Below are positions 23,585 through 36,804 of a DNA stretch of 64,000 bases, in pieces. Source of the stretch: Glaucostegus cemiculus (taxonomy: Eukaryota); the NCBI GenBank assembly GCA_976551045.1, contig CDPCPM010000073.1:28830001-28894000 (forward strand). Direction: 5' to 3'. Position numbers and translations under genes: made by a program. Within the stretch, counting starts at the first letter, position 1. Every line of letters starts with the position of its first letter. The notes beneath the pieces were generated by a model, which was not told where the DNA came from, searched no databases, and saw nothing but the letters and a program-made list of their open reading frames with translations.

Positions 23585-26210
23585 AAGGGGAAAATTTGGA
23601 AATTTCACAAAAATATATGATTAACCTTTGCCGACTGATTTCAATGCACGCAGCATACCAACTTTAAATTTTAAAAATTTCTGCATCCTGCCAGTGGCTA
23701 ACAGCAATTTCAAGTGCATCAGCAGGGTGTCAATATCATGACACTGTGAGCTCCAGTTTAAACAAGCCTGCATAGGTTAAAGCTAACCGGCACCAAAAAA
23801 AAGTGAAGGTGCATTGCAAGCAAAGGAGGTGCTGCCAGTCGCATGGGAAATGTTTCTGACCTGTGAATTGGTAAAGAATGGCACTGTGTAGGTGAGAGCA
23901 AGCTTCAGGTTTTTGGATGCTGCAGTGGAGACCAGATAGGGGAAAAATGCTTTTAATCTTCAGGGGGCAGTAGGTCTTCCAGACACAGGAAGAAAGTTGA
24001 AGTGGATAAGCACAGAGCTCATTGCCAGGTGTTTAGCCTTGCAACGTGGTGCCATAAGTAAGGGAATGTATCTTCAAATAATATTTTTTACCAGATGCAT
24101 TACGAGGCTCAATTGTTGCAGAATGTAGCAATTTATCAACAGGAAGGTAGCTAACTGTCACATGCATCACTGCATCTCACAGAATTAATTTACTGCTGTT
24201 GGCTGCACATTGGTTTCACACAGTTTGGCCACACTCGGCTATTTCAACCACGACAGCCACCTCGTCTTAGAGAACAGGAGTGACACATTTTTCACAGTTT
24301 CAGGATAAAATCTGTGCATAGCTGAAGACAGCAGGGGCAGCTAGTAACGTGAATGACATGACTTTGTGTCCTAATCTCCATGGAGGACATTCCTGCCGTT
24401 ATTGTAGTGGCCATTGCTGAAGTCATGGCCAGCTGAAAGGCTGAGCCACTGAGGATGTAAGTATCTTCTGAGCTAATCCTCCATCTGCTAGGGAAGGTTA
24501 GTGCAGGGTTCAGATTGTGAGCGGGTGGGATTGCATACAATTTACACAATAGAAGACTTGGATGAGTCAAGTCTTGGAAGGGGGAACATGCAGAAGAAAA
24601 CTATTGCTTGCCTGCAGATTGTTTGTGATCTCACTGCATACGCCTTTATATTGGAACTTGGGAGCCCATTTTGACCATATGGCTGTGGAGCCCAATTCCT
24701 TTCACACATTTGTGGGTCTGACCATGACTGACACCATAGTGTTCAATTCAATACAAGACAGTTGCCACCTGACTTTCAGGTCCTGCAGTGAAATCTCAGC
24801 TGCTTGTTAGACTAACATTATATAAAGTCAGCTTTCTAGCATGTGAGCTCAGACTGCGGCCATTATGGCTTGCAGAGTTTCACAATCTACCCTCCAAATC
24901 ATTCTTGGGATTGTTCAATGGAAATGATAACTGGAGTACAAATTGCCGACCAAGTGAATGTTTATCTGTGGCGAAGGGTAGATAAAGGGTAGCAACTGTT
25001 CAATGAATGGGGAACAGGGATTCTTCATGGGCAACCTGGCCACAAAGGAGTTATCCTGTTTCCTGTTGGTTTCTCTATTCTTGTCCACAGGGAATCTGGT
25101 AAATAATTTTTTCACCCAGAGAATGCTTGTAATCTGGAGCACACTGCCTGACTGGATGGGGGAGGCAAATACTCTCACATTTAAGATGTATCTAGATAAG
25201 CACTTGAATTGCGAAAGCAATGATGGCTATGGAGCAAGTGCAAGGAAATAGGATTAGTGTAGATGGGTAATTGATAGTTGGCAGGGACATGGTAAGCTGA
25301 ATGGCTTCTTTCTGTTCTTTGTGACTCCTTGGCCTTTGTGTCCTTCCATTCCTGCTCCTCTTCCTCATGTTCCTCTATTTCCACTTTCTTCTCAGCTCAG
25401 TTGGTTGATGGCAATAGCTGCTCTCTCACAATGGCAAAAGTTGTGAAGCACACAGCAGATGATGAGGTATTTTGACACCCAGTGCAGACCAGGGGATGGA
25501 ATTATTGTTTCAGTTGGTCAATTGTCCACTTTGTTTGATATCATGTGACAGCTTGGCTCTTATTTTTTTCACATTGACAACATGCACCTGGGATGTGCAC
25601 CAGAGTCATCAGCTCTGTTGTTACTAAATACCTTTGCCACCTGGTAGCCACTCTTTGATTTACCTTGCCAGTACAAATGCTGATGCTGCATTGGTCTTGT
25701 GCAAAATGAAGGCATCGTAACTGCTGCCAGATCACTGGGTGTTAACCTGCACAATACACTGTCTTAGGTTGCACATTGACGGAGTCCTTTTCATTTTCAG
25801 TACACAGTGGAATTGATGTGCAGCACCCACAAAATGATTCACGAGCAATCAATAACATTCTGCACTTTGGAAGCCAGTAGTCATCACAAAGCTGAGTGCT
25901 CTCTCTACCTGTGTGTCTCTGGAAAGAATGAATGCATTTACCTCTCCTTTTATAGAGAGCCTCCTTGATGTTCCATCGGCACAGTGCATGACAAACTACA
26001 GGATGTTTCAAATGCTTCCAGCTCCAAATTGGAAAGATCAGGCACACGAAGATTCATTGGTGTAACCATCAAGATCTTCTGCGTGCCGTTGGGGAGGGGG
26101 GCAAAACAATGTCTGATGCGATTTGCATCAACTTTGAACTTGCATGCAACAGCAGTCACTCTCTTGGCCCTCAAGTGGCAGTCATGGTGGCTGCACTAAA
26201 TAATAAGCCT
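23585..26210. mobile_element. Decayed PIF/Harbinger DNA transposon (Myb/SANT-like gene on +, DDE transposase on -)
   Basis: Minus strand 25340-26200 has remnants SVNVQ, GSSYDAFIL, WLPGGKG, LMTLV and an acidic C-terminus EIEEHEEEEQE, in the order expected for HARBI1-like nucleases. Plus strand near 23880-24055 has RFLDAAVE, resembling the Myb/SANT partner. TIRs not identified, so ends are approximate. Confidence 0.62.
25088..25327 (+). mobile_element. CR1 3' fragment nested in the Harbinger relic
   Basis: Encodes NNFFTQRMLVIWSTLP...FKMYLDKHL...GYG, the CR1 ORF2 C-terminus, followed by the 3'UTR. Confidence 0.85.
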
Positions 26211-28083
26211 CTTTCCAAATGGTTAGGAGGCCTTGTATTTTCTTTTAGCTTAAGTACTTGCAATTTTGTGGGAACATTTTATTCTTTAATATTACACTGT
26301 GGAAACAAAACAAAAATCTGCCTACCTCAAGTAATGTTTTTCATTTGCTATTTGTCCAGTTGTGTATCTCTGATCAGCAAACTCCCATTGTGTATGGTAC
26401 TTCTTAGCTTTTCCTGTGGTGCGAAGGAACAATAAATTCATTAAATTAAAAGAACATGTGACATTTAAATGTAATAATTGTTCTGAATGAAGAACAGTAC
26501 CACATTAGCAAAACTACATAATGTCTAACAAATACATTTATTTTTCCTCTTGTTTTTACCTTTATTCAAAAGAAAATTGGCAGAAACATCTTAAACTTCA
26601 ATTGGAATAATCCAGTCTTCCTGTCCAGTGATTTTAATGTGTATCACTGACAACTAACTTAAAAAATTGTTGGTACTAAAACTTTCATTAAAGGAGACCT
26701 CCAGGCAATGAGAACAAATGTTTAATCTAACCAGAAATGCATTAGTACTTAGTCACGATTTACTTATTTTCAAATTTTATTTTAGTTTAGTTTCTGGTAG
26801 CCTGAAGTATTCATTTAATTAGACTTTTACGATTGTGGATCCATACTGAATGTTATAAATATTTTAATGTGTAATTCCAGCAAAGTGGTGGCATGAACAT
26901 GCTTACTCTCATATTCTTAATTGACTCTGTGGTTCTGTGGTTTAAAGTTATCTTTTTGGGGGTTTTATTGCTTTGTTTTTTTTAGCATTTGGTTGATTTT
27001 GTAGCTGCAGAATATTGTATGTGCAATTCAACCATTTGTTGCAGATTATTTTTCATGTGCAAGTAGATTTCTGTTTACTATGCAAGTATTAATCTATGCA
27101 ATAGACCATCTTCATATTAAAATTGAATTAGCCTTGAATACAAACACTGCCTAAGTGCAGCTTTCCTGATTTACATTAGGAATTAACTTTGCAAGTCTGC
27201 ACTCTTGAGCATCTAGTGGTCTGTGTAGTTACTGGGAAGAATTCATTTGGGTTCATATTTTGGCCATAAGATCATAAACACATCTGTGTATCTGTAAAAA
27301 TGCTTTTAAATCAGGCTTTGACTCCTTATGATTCCTGAGGTAGATTTTGTGTACCCCTTCTGCAGTTCAAATCTGCCTGGTATAAAACAGCCCAGAACCC
27401 AAAGGTGTCTCATGAGACATCTTATGTAGGGAATATCGCTGCTAATTGGGATTATTGTGGTTGCTTGCTTCTATCAAAGTAGTCCATTCTTTTCTGCTGA
27501 TAAGATGATGTCATAGCACTGAAGAACCTGAGGTTATTACTCTTGCTTACACCATTTCCTGAAATGCTGAAGAACGGAGGAATGTTTTGTGTCATATGGT
27601 GGTGACAAACAGAGGAATGAGGGTACATCAAATCCAGAGGGAAGGATTAAAGTTTTGTATTATCAGGCAAACAGAAATTTAAGAAGACACGTTTCCTTGT
27701 GCTATCAATGGATTGAAATGCATGTTGTCCAATGATTTGATTGCAACTCTGGGACAAACACCAACTGCAATTGTATCTTATTGCAAGAGTCAACTGTGCT
27801 CCTAATGTGCAGTACGCTTACCATCTTTACCTCTGGAAAAGAGCCAAACTCTTGTCTTGTAACTGAATGACTTGGCAACTATCCTGCAGGGATAACTCCC
27901 TTAAAAAAAGTATAATTTCTCAGGATTTTTTAAATCTCATATTTGCACTTAAAATTGGGAATAAATCTATATTTTTGAAGCTATCTGATGAACACATTTG
28001 CTTTAAGTGTTCAGGTAGGATGAGAAGGTTGTCCATGAGGAAATATTGAGTCTAAGTTAACTAGAGATTAGTTATATAATTCT

Positions 28084-28318
28084 TCTAATTATATAACAAA
28101 TCTTTTTCTTTTTATTTTTTATATTACATTTATGAACTGAGATATTGTTGGAATTATTTATTTTATATACATCATATTTTATTGCTTTTTTTATGATTAT
28201 CTACGATTTATTTGATATTTATATAATACATGTGTAAACATTGTTGTTATATATCTTAACCTGTAATGATTTGTTATCAATAAAAAGATTGAAAAAGAAA
28301 GAAAGAAAGAAAGAAAAA
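28084..28318 (+). mobile_element. L1 3'-end fragment (about 230 bp) of the same family as 29013-34690
   Basis: Closely matches 34475-34690 by direct comparison. Has AATAAA and a (GAAA)n tail. Confidence 0.92.
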
Positions 28319-29145
28319 TAAGAAGTAATATCATTGAAAAATAAGAAAATAGCGAGATGATGAAAAAAATGTCAAGAGCTCAGAATCATAGACTCAGGAG
28401 AAGGGTTGGCCAAATGGACAGAAATACATTGAAGTTATTTCACTTGTAAAATTATGAATCATTGGGATTTTGAACGATGAATGCTGTGGATGATCAGACA
28501 TTGAGTACGTTCAAGGTTGGGATTGCAAGATATTTGGACAAAAGGAATTGAAACTTAGGCTGGGAAGATGGAGTTAAGATAAATCAGCCTGTACACTGGG
28601 ACTGTATGCCTTTCTTCTCCTCTTCTATTCATTATAGTTTCTGTATAATTATTCCAAGTCTTTTGACCAGTTTACACTAATAACGTCACATCTGAAAATG
28701 AAATAGCCTAAAATTTAGAATATAATATTGGAAATGTCACTTAGCCAGTGGTATCTTGGGTTTTGCAAATTGGGTTATATAGTACTAGGAGAAAAATATT
28801 TAAAGCTTAATTTTAAATTCCATTGATAAGACACCAGAGCAGAGGAGGAGAACCTTGAGACCCAAGTGGAAATCTAGAAGGAAACCTTTTAAAAAAAAAA
28901 AATGTTCAAAAGGGTTTGGTTAAAATGAGAAGGGAAAGACTGTGCCCAGTAATTGGTGAGCAACTGCTTAAGTGTTATCAATTCAAATTTGTCACTACAA
29001 AAGTGAATAGAGCCTAGACTCTCTTGGTGACGCTCATGGACTGAGCCACAACTTGGCTTTGGTCCAGGTACTTTTCAATCCACTATATACCACCCTTTAA
29101 TAAGTTTTTTTTTACAATACTGTTGTAAGTTTTTTAACCGTTAAA

Positions 29146-29930
29146 ATGAGCACCAGATCTAAAGCTTCTGCTAATGGTAAAGGTGTGGTAAAGGTAATGG
29201 AGACCAGCCTACTTTGGAAGCTATCTCTAATCTGGAGAGAAAGTTTGACCAGAGCTTTGCCGAATTGAAGTCTATTTTGAGGGATTTCGAACAGAAGCAG
29301 AATATTTTGATCAAAGAGAACGCCAGACAGAAACAATTAATTGCTGAACTTGAGCAAGCTGGTAAGGAGAGAGATACCAAACTTCATTCGCTTGAAAAAG
29401 CCTTAAATACAACCAAGTAAACCTTGGAAAAACAACAACAGAGGATCATCGACTTGGAAGGACGCAGCAGAAGGAAGAATTTAAGGATCATCAACTTTCC
29501 GGAAAACACTGAGACTGGTAACCCTACGGAATTCTTCTCTAATCTTTTGGTCGAAATATTTGGTCCTGAAATGTTTCCTGTCCAGCCGATTCTGGACAGG
29601 GCTCATAGAGCATTAAGATCTAAACCTGCTCCGGATCAAAAACCTCGGCCAGTAATACTGAGATTTCACTATGTTAGTATCAAGGAACAACTGATTCGTG
29701 CCGCTCGTAAACGTGGAATGATTCAACTTAAACAATGGAAGTTTCGAATTGTTGAAGACTACGCTCCAGAAGTTATGAAAGAAAGGATGACCTGTAAACC
29801 AATTATGGCTCGTCTTTATCAAAGCAATTACCATCCTGCTCTTTTATTTCCAGCAAAGCTCAGAATTATACTACCTGATAAAACGCGCAGGTGGTTCAAA
29901 TCAATTGAAGAAGCTGAGAAATTTTTGTGA
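29146..29930 (+). pseudogene. L1 ORF1 (coiled coil + RRM + CTD, Transposase_22 type)
   Basis: ATG at 29146. Motifs DLEGRSRRKNLRI, LDRAHR, PRPVILRF, LLFPAKLRI. One early frameshift and a premature TAA at 29418-29420. Confidence 0.9.
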
Positions 29931-30507
29931 GATTAGCTCTGAATTTTTGGCTGTTAAGAAATCCACTGGCAATTCAGTGTTTTAATGTTATACTAAGCGC
30001 TTCTCTTACTGGTTAATTAGGTTTTAGATTCATACCTTTCCTTTCTTTTTTTTTAATGTTTTGTTTGAATAATAATTAAGTATTTTAACAAATGATTGAT
30101 TATTTGCTTTTTTTTTGAAACAATTATTAAACTGTATTTTTTAATTAGGGGCTGGTAACGCCCTTTGGATCTGTTCCAAATTTAGAGTAATGTTTTACAT
30201 TCCTTTGCTTCATCTAGTCAAAATAGCTAGTTGTTTTACATATCAGTACTGTTGGACTACTGCCACCAAGAGATATGGGGTTGTTTACATTAGAGGGTAG
30301 CTTACTGGCTGTCTATTGGTCAGTTTTTGGGCTGTTGGGGGAGGGGGGTGGGGTGTCTTTTTCATTTTTTCTCTTCTGGGCTAAAGTACAATTTTTTCTA
30401 AACAGTCGTCATATCGGTTTCCTAGATGAACATTTTCCTTCCTGCTGTCGAGACCTGGACATATTTTTAACTCTTTACATACCATGTTTTTTTTTTAAGT
30501 GGTTAAA

Positions 30508-33500
30508 ATGGATAAGACTATTAATTTTATTTCTTGGAACGTTAACGGGTTGAACTACCCAATTAAAAGACAGAAAATTTTTAAGGCTTTCCAGAGATTA
30601 AATGCTCAAATTATTTTTGTTCAGGAGTCTCACATTAGGAAGGAAGATAATCAACGATTTTTTAGATTTTGGAGGGGTCAGCAGTTTCACTCTAACTCAC
30701 AAGCAAAGGTGAAAGGAGTCTCTATTTTTATAGATTCTTCTATTTCATTTGTTCATCACGAAACGATATCAGATCCAAATGGTAGATTTTTATTAATTGC
30801 TGGTTTGCTTCATAACAAAAAAGTTGTTATGGTAAATGTTTATGCACCCAATGTAGATCATCCGTAATTTTTTAAACATTTGTTTGCATTTTTTCCTAAT
30901 TTAAATGAATATACTGTGATTATGGGTGGAGACTTTAATTTCTGTTTAAACCCTTCGATGGATAAATCTATGTCAAAACCTGCACTTCCAAACAAATCTG
31001 CTGTTTTTATTAATTCCTTTTTAGTTGAATCCAGAATTTTGGATGTTTGGAGGTTTCTACATCCATGTGATAAAGAATTTTCATTCTTTTCTCATGTCTA
31101 CCATAACTATTCAAGGATTGATTATTTTTTTATCAATGCTAGTTTAGTTCCACTTATTATGGATTGTAAATTTGATGCAAATACTATATCTGATCATGCA
31201 CCATTGATTTTATCAATTAAATTACCAGCTGTATCCTCTGATGTTAGACAATGGCGATTCAACCCTTCTTTATTACAAGACTCAAATTTTCTCCATTTTA
31301 TTAAAGAACAAATTTAATTTTTCTTTTTAACTAATTTTACTGAAGAATTATCTAGTGGGACATGGGATACTTTTAAAGCATACATCCGTGGTCAAATTAT
31401 TTCATATTCCGCTGGATTGAAAAAACAAACGAGTAATGAAATACGTACTCTGACTGACGAGATTAAAGAAATTGATGATAAATATTCCGATACTCCGAAC
31501 TCTGAGCTTATTAAAAAGAGAACAGAGCTTCAAGTACAACATAATTTATTATTAACATCTTCAGTTGAAAATCTACTGCTTAAAAATAAAAGTCAATTTT
31601 ATATACATGGCGATAAGTCTGGTAAATTATTGGCCAACCAATTGAAAGACACTCTATCTAAACGTCAAATTAATAAAATTCGTAAACCAGACGGTACCTA
31701 TATGATAGATCCTGTTCAAATTAATAAATCTTTTCAGGAATTTTATTCTTCTCTATGTCAATCAGAATCATCTGATGATCCCACACTAATGTATGAATTT
31801 TTAAGAGGTTTGAAGATTCCTCCACTTTCTTTAAATGAATGTTCTATATTTGATGCTCCCATGTTAGAAGAAGAAATAAGGAATGTGATATTTTCAATGA
31901 AATCAGGTAAAGCACCAGGTCCTGATGGATATACAGTTGAATTTTTTAAAGCTTTTTCCGATATTCTTGTTCCCTGGCTAGACAAAATTTTTAAAGATGC
32001 TTTATCAGTGGGCAAGTTACCACAATCTTTTTATGAAGCAACTATTTCTTTAATTCTTAAAAAGGATAAAGATCCCACTGTGCATCGTATAGGCCTATCT
32101 CTTTATTACATGTAGATTTTAAAATATTTTCCAAACTATTGGCCCTTAGGCTGGAAAAAGTTCTCCCACAAATCATTTCTGAAGATCAGACAGGATTTAT
32201 CCAGAATCGTTATTTACATTTTATATACTCCTTCATCTCAAATTCCAGAATGTGTTGTTTCCCTAGATGCTGAAAAAGCATTTGACAGAGTTGAATGGGA
32301 TTATTTATTCACTACACTTCAAAAATTTAATTTCAGCCCTAAATTTATATCTGCGATTAAAATGATTTATTATACACCAATGGCTTCAGTATTCACTAAT
32401 AATCAAAGATCTCCTTTTTTTAGGCTCTTTTGTGGTACTAGGCAAGGTTGTCCGTTAAGTCTCTTATTATTCGACATTGCTTTAGAACCTTTGGCTATTG
32501 CAATCCGAGACTCTTTAAATATACGCGGTATTATTCGTGGACAGAAGACTCATAAGATATCTCTTTATGCAGATGACTTATTACTTTATATTTCTAATCC
32601 AGACGAATCGATCCCTGCAGTCCTATTATTGTTAGATCAATTCAGTGGTTTTTCTGGTTATAGACTAAATCTTAATAAGAGTGAACTTTTTCCACTGAAT
32701 ATGAAAACCTCAATTTATAGCCAGTTACCCTTTAGATTGGTAACTGATTATTTTATGTATTTAGGTGTTAAAATTACTAATAAACATAAGGATTTATTTA
32801 AAGCTAATTTTTTACCCTTATTCGACCAAGTTAAAGAATTGCTTACTAAATGGTCTCCAATGTCTTTATCATTGATAGGCCGAATTAATGCAATTAAGAT
32901 GACTATCTTACCAAAATTTTTATATTTATTTCAAGCGATTCCAATTTTTATCCCAAAGTCTTTTTTTGACAAGGTTGATTCTAAAATTCTTTCATATATT
33001 TGGCAGAACAAGAATCTAAGACTAAGTAAGAAATATTTACAAAAATTGAAAAAGGATGGTGGTATGGCCTTGCCTAATTTTAGATTATATTATTGGGCAA
33101 TCAACATCAGATATTTAATTTTTTGGACACAAGACTTAAATGTTATTCAATGCCCTAAATGGGTACACCTTGAGTATCAATCAACACTTGAATTTTCATT
33201 ATTCTCTATTTTAGGAGCTTCACTCCCTTTTGCACTTACCAAATTAAGTAAATATATGACTCACCCAATCATTAAACATACTTTACGAATATGGTTTCAA
33301 TTTTGTAAATTCTTTGGATTGACTAAATTTGTTTTGTCAAGTCCTATACAATCTAATGTTTTTTTCAACCATCTAGACTAGATACAGCTTTTTCCTTATG
33401 GAAAAGGAAGGGAATAGTATGCTTTTGTGATCTATTCATTGGTAACTGTTTTGCATCTTTTGAACAGCTGTCTAATAAATATAATTTACCTAGATCACAT

Positions 33501-34250
33501 TTTTTTCGATATTTGCAGATTAGAAATTTTTTAAAAGCTACTATACCCTCCTTTCCATTTCTTTATAAAGACGAAATCATTGATAAAATTTTAGGTTTTA
33601 ATCCTCATCAGAAGGGCTTGACAGCAATAATTTATGATTTAATTATGAAAATACAGTCAGATTCACTGGACAAAATTAAAAATGATTGGGAAAGTGAACC
33701 TCCAGATTTCTATATCTATAGAGACTTGGAAGAAAATTCTTCATTTACATCCTCAATGTGTGCCAGACAGTCATTGATACAGTTTAAAGTTGTGCACAGG
33801 GCCTATATGTCCAAAGATAAGCTAGCTCGTTTTTATGATCGTATAAACCCTATATGTGACAGATGTAAATCGAACGTGGCTTCTTTGTTGCATGTGTTCT
33901 GGTCTTGTCCTTATTTGGAAAAATATTGGAAAGACATTTTTAATATTATTTCAGATGTATTGAAGATCGATTTACAACCTCACCCTATTACTGCAATTTT
34001 TGGATTACCATGGATAAAGTCTGGCCATTTACCTGCTTCTGCTAATTGTATGATTGCTTTTGTTACATTGATGGCCAAACGAGCCATTCTGCTTAAATGG
34101 AAGGATCCAATACCCCCTACCACTTTTCAATGGTTCTCTCAAACTATATTATGTCTTAATTTGGAAAAAATTAGGAGTGGTACTGTTGATTCTTTGCTTA
34201 AATTTGAAGATATTTGGAGTCCATTTATTCAATACTTTCATATGATGTAG
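30508..34250 (+). pseudogene. L1 ORF2 (APE endonuclease, RT, C-terminal CCHC), multiple stops and frameshifts
   Basis: ISWNVNGL, QESH, NVYAPN, GGDFN, SRIDY, SDHAP, KAPGPDG, GTRQGCPLS, LYADD, CDRC...H..W.C. Confidence 0.95.
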
Positions 34251-35437
34251 TTTCCCCTTCTATAACTTTTTTTTTAAATTTAGAGAAACGGAGCTGACGA
34301 CATTATATTGTTCTATTTCTATTGAAAATTTTAGCCCAGTTTTTTTTTCCTTGTCTTGTTTTTTTTCCCTTGTTTTGTTTTTTTTCTTCTTTTTTTTAAA
34401 TTCATTTTCAGTTTAATTTACTCTATATTATTATGATTTTTTAAAATTGATTTGGGTTTTTTTTTGCGTTTTTTTTCTAATTATATAACAAATCTTTTTC
34501 TTTTCTATCTTTCACATTACACTTATGAACCGAGAGATTGTTGGAACTATTTCTTTTATATATATCATATTTTATTGCTTTTTTTAAATGATTACCTACG
34601 ATTTACTTGATATTTCTATAATACATGTGTAAACGCTGTTGTTATATATTTTAACCTGTAATGATTTGTTACCAATAAAGATTGAAAAAGAAAAGTGAAT
34701 AGAGAAAAAAAATAGTCTGTTACAAATGTGAAATGCTTCAACATCGGGATTAGTTCTTGGAAAGAACAGATATATATTCCGATATGGAGGGAGAGGAGGG
34801 TAGTGGAATTAATTGCAGACTGCCCAATCAAAAGTTCTGCTTTGTGATCTTTTAGGTTATGGAGCTTCAAATCAAATGAGTTCCAGTTCCCTACTGCCCA
34901 TTGTGTACTAGGAAAAAAACTCAACTTTTCAATTTATCTGCTAATTGCTTTAAATCTGCCCCCCAAAACCATTTATTATTCTCTTTCAAAGGAAATAAGA
35001 CCTCCCTATTCACTCCATCATGGCCATTCATAATTTTAAACACCCATTAAATTTCTCTCAGGATTCCTGTTTAGAAAGAAAAACATCCCTATCTGTCTGA
35101 AATTCCTTCACAACATTCTCATGAAGCTGGTGCAATCAATTCCTGCCTGCACTGTTTTCACTTTGCTCTAGCTGTGCCATAATTATTGTTTAATGAAGTT
35201 CTAGCAAAACCTCCTTTGTCTTATGTTTTGTGCTTCCACGTAATTGTTAGAGAAATGAATGTGAAGTAAAAAAGCTACGTAAGTGATGCCTTCAGAAGGA
35301 GTAGGATTGTGAAAAAAATAGAATGACAAGATCTCATTGAAGCAAACAATGTTCTTACCAAGTGTGACAAAGTAAATGTGGGGATGGTGTTTTCCCAGGG
35401 GTCAGATTCTCTAAGTTAGGGCCAGCCATTTACAAAA

Positions 35438-36537
35438 TCACACAGCATGGAAAACGGTTCTTCGGCCCATTGAGTTGCACTGACCATCAAGCGCCCATTT
35501 ACACCAATCCCACACGAACTTCATTTTATTCTGCCTGCATTCCAACAGTTCCCCCAAGATTCTACCACTCACCTACACAGCAGGGGCAATTTACAGTGGC
35601 CAATAAATCAACCAACCTGCATGTCCTTGGGATGTAGGGTGAAACCAAAATATCCAGAGGGAACCTACATGTTTAGAACCATAGAACAATACAGGCCCTT
35701 CAGTCCAGCTTGTTGTGCCGACCTTCAAACCACACCTAAGACTATCTAACCCCTTCTTCCCACGTCACTTTATTTTAATTATTTCCTCCATATGCTTATC
35801 TAACAATCTCTTGAACTTGACCAATGTATCAGCCTCCACCACCACCCCAGGCAGCACATTCCTTGCACCAACCACTCTCTGGGTGAAAAACTTCACTCTG
35901 ACATCTCTCTTAAACTTCCCACCCAATATGTTAAAGCCATGCCCTCTTGAGCATTGGTGCCCTGGGGAAGAGGCTCTGGCTGTCCACTCTATCTAGTCGT
36001 CTTAATATTTTGTATACCTCTATCATGTCTCCCCTCATCCTCCTCCTCTCCAATGAGTAAAGCCCTAGCTCCTTTAGTCTCTCCTCATAATCCATACTCT
36101 CTAATCCAGGCAGCATCCAGGTAAATCTCCTCTGCACCCTCTCCAAAGCCTCCACATCGTTCCTTTAATGAGGCGACCAGAACTGGACACACTACTCCAA
36201 GTGTGGCCTAACCAGAGTTTTGTAAAGCTGCATCATCACTTTGCGGCTCTTACACTTGATACCACGACTTATGAAAGCTAACATAAGCTTTCTTAACTAC
36301 CCTTTCCACCTGCAAGGCAACTTTTAGTGATCTGTGGTAGGAACCCGCAGATCCCTCTGCTCCTCCACACTGCCCAGAATCCTGCCATAAACCTTGTACT
36401 CTGCCTTGGAGTTTGTCCTTCCAAAGTGTACAGGGAGTACGTGTAAACTCTATACAGACACCATCTGAGCTCAGCGTTGAACCCAGATTGCTGGTGCGGT
36501 GAGGCATATGCTCTACTAATTGTGGCACTCTGCCACC
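35438..36537 (-). mobile_element. HE1-like V-SINE split by a CR1 insertion (SINE parts 35438-35671 and 36430-36537)
   Basis: The V-domain sequence breaks at ...gaacctacatg and resumes at acagggagtacgtgtaaactc. tRNA-like head at the right end, CR1-type tail at the left end. Confidence 0.8.
35674..36430 (-). mobile_element. CR1 3' fragment nested in a SINE
   Basis: ORF 35931-36155 ALERVQRRFTWMLPGL...SLERRRMRGD. Confidence 0.9.
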
Positions 36538-36804
36538 TTAAGTAAGGAATTTAAGATATTTGTCCAACCAGATTTTAGATATTAGAGGTTCATGCAGGGA
36601 AGTGGCACAGAAATGAAGGATCTTATGTTTTAATTACATATATAACTGAGAAGAATGGGTATGGTGAAAGAGTGGAAAGGTTCAATAAATGATGTACTTG
36701 GATTTTAAGGAAAATCTACAAATCTTATTGTGGAAAGTGGAGTGGAAGAAGTACGATATTTGTAGTGTTCCTTTTTTGTTTCTGTACCATTTAAGTTCTT
36801 GTCT

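Larger units (their letters stand above)
29013..34690 (+). mobile_element. Apparently full-length fish-type L1 (LINE-1) retrotransposon, inactivated
   Basis: 14-bp TSD AAAAGTGAATAGAG at 28999-29012 and 34691-34704. Contains ORF1, a T-rich spacer of about 580 bp, ORF2, and a T-rich 3'UTR with AATAAA and an A-rich tail. Confidence 0.95.

Noticed and set aside
28084-34690. LTR retroelement suggested by flanking direct repeats
   Set aside because: The repeats are L1 3'UTRs with A-rich tails, lack TG...CA ends, and the L1 has its own TSD.
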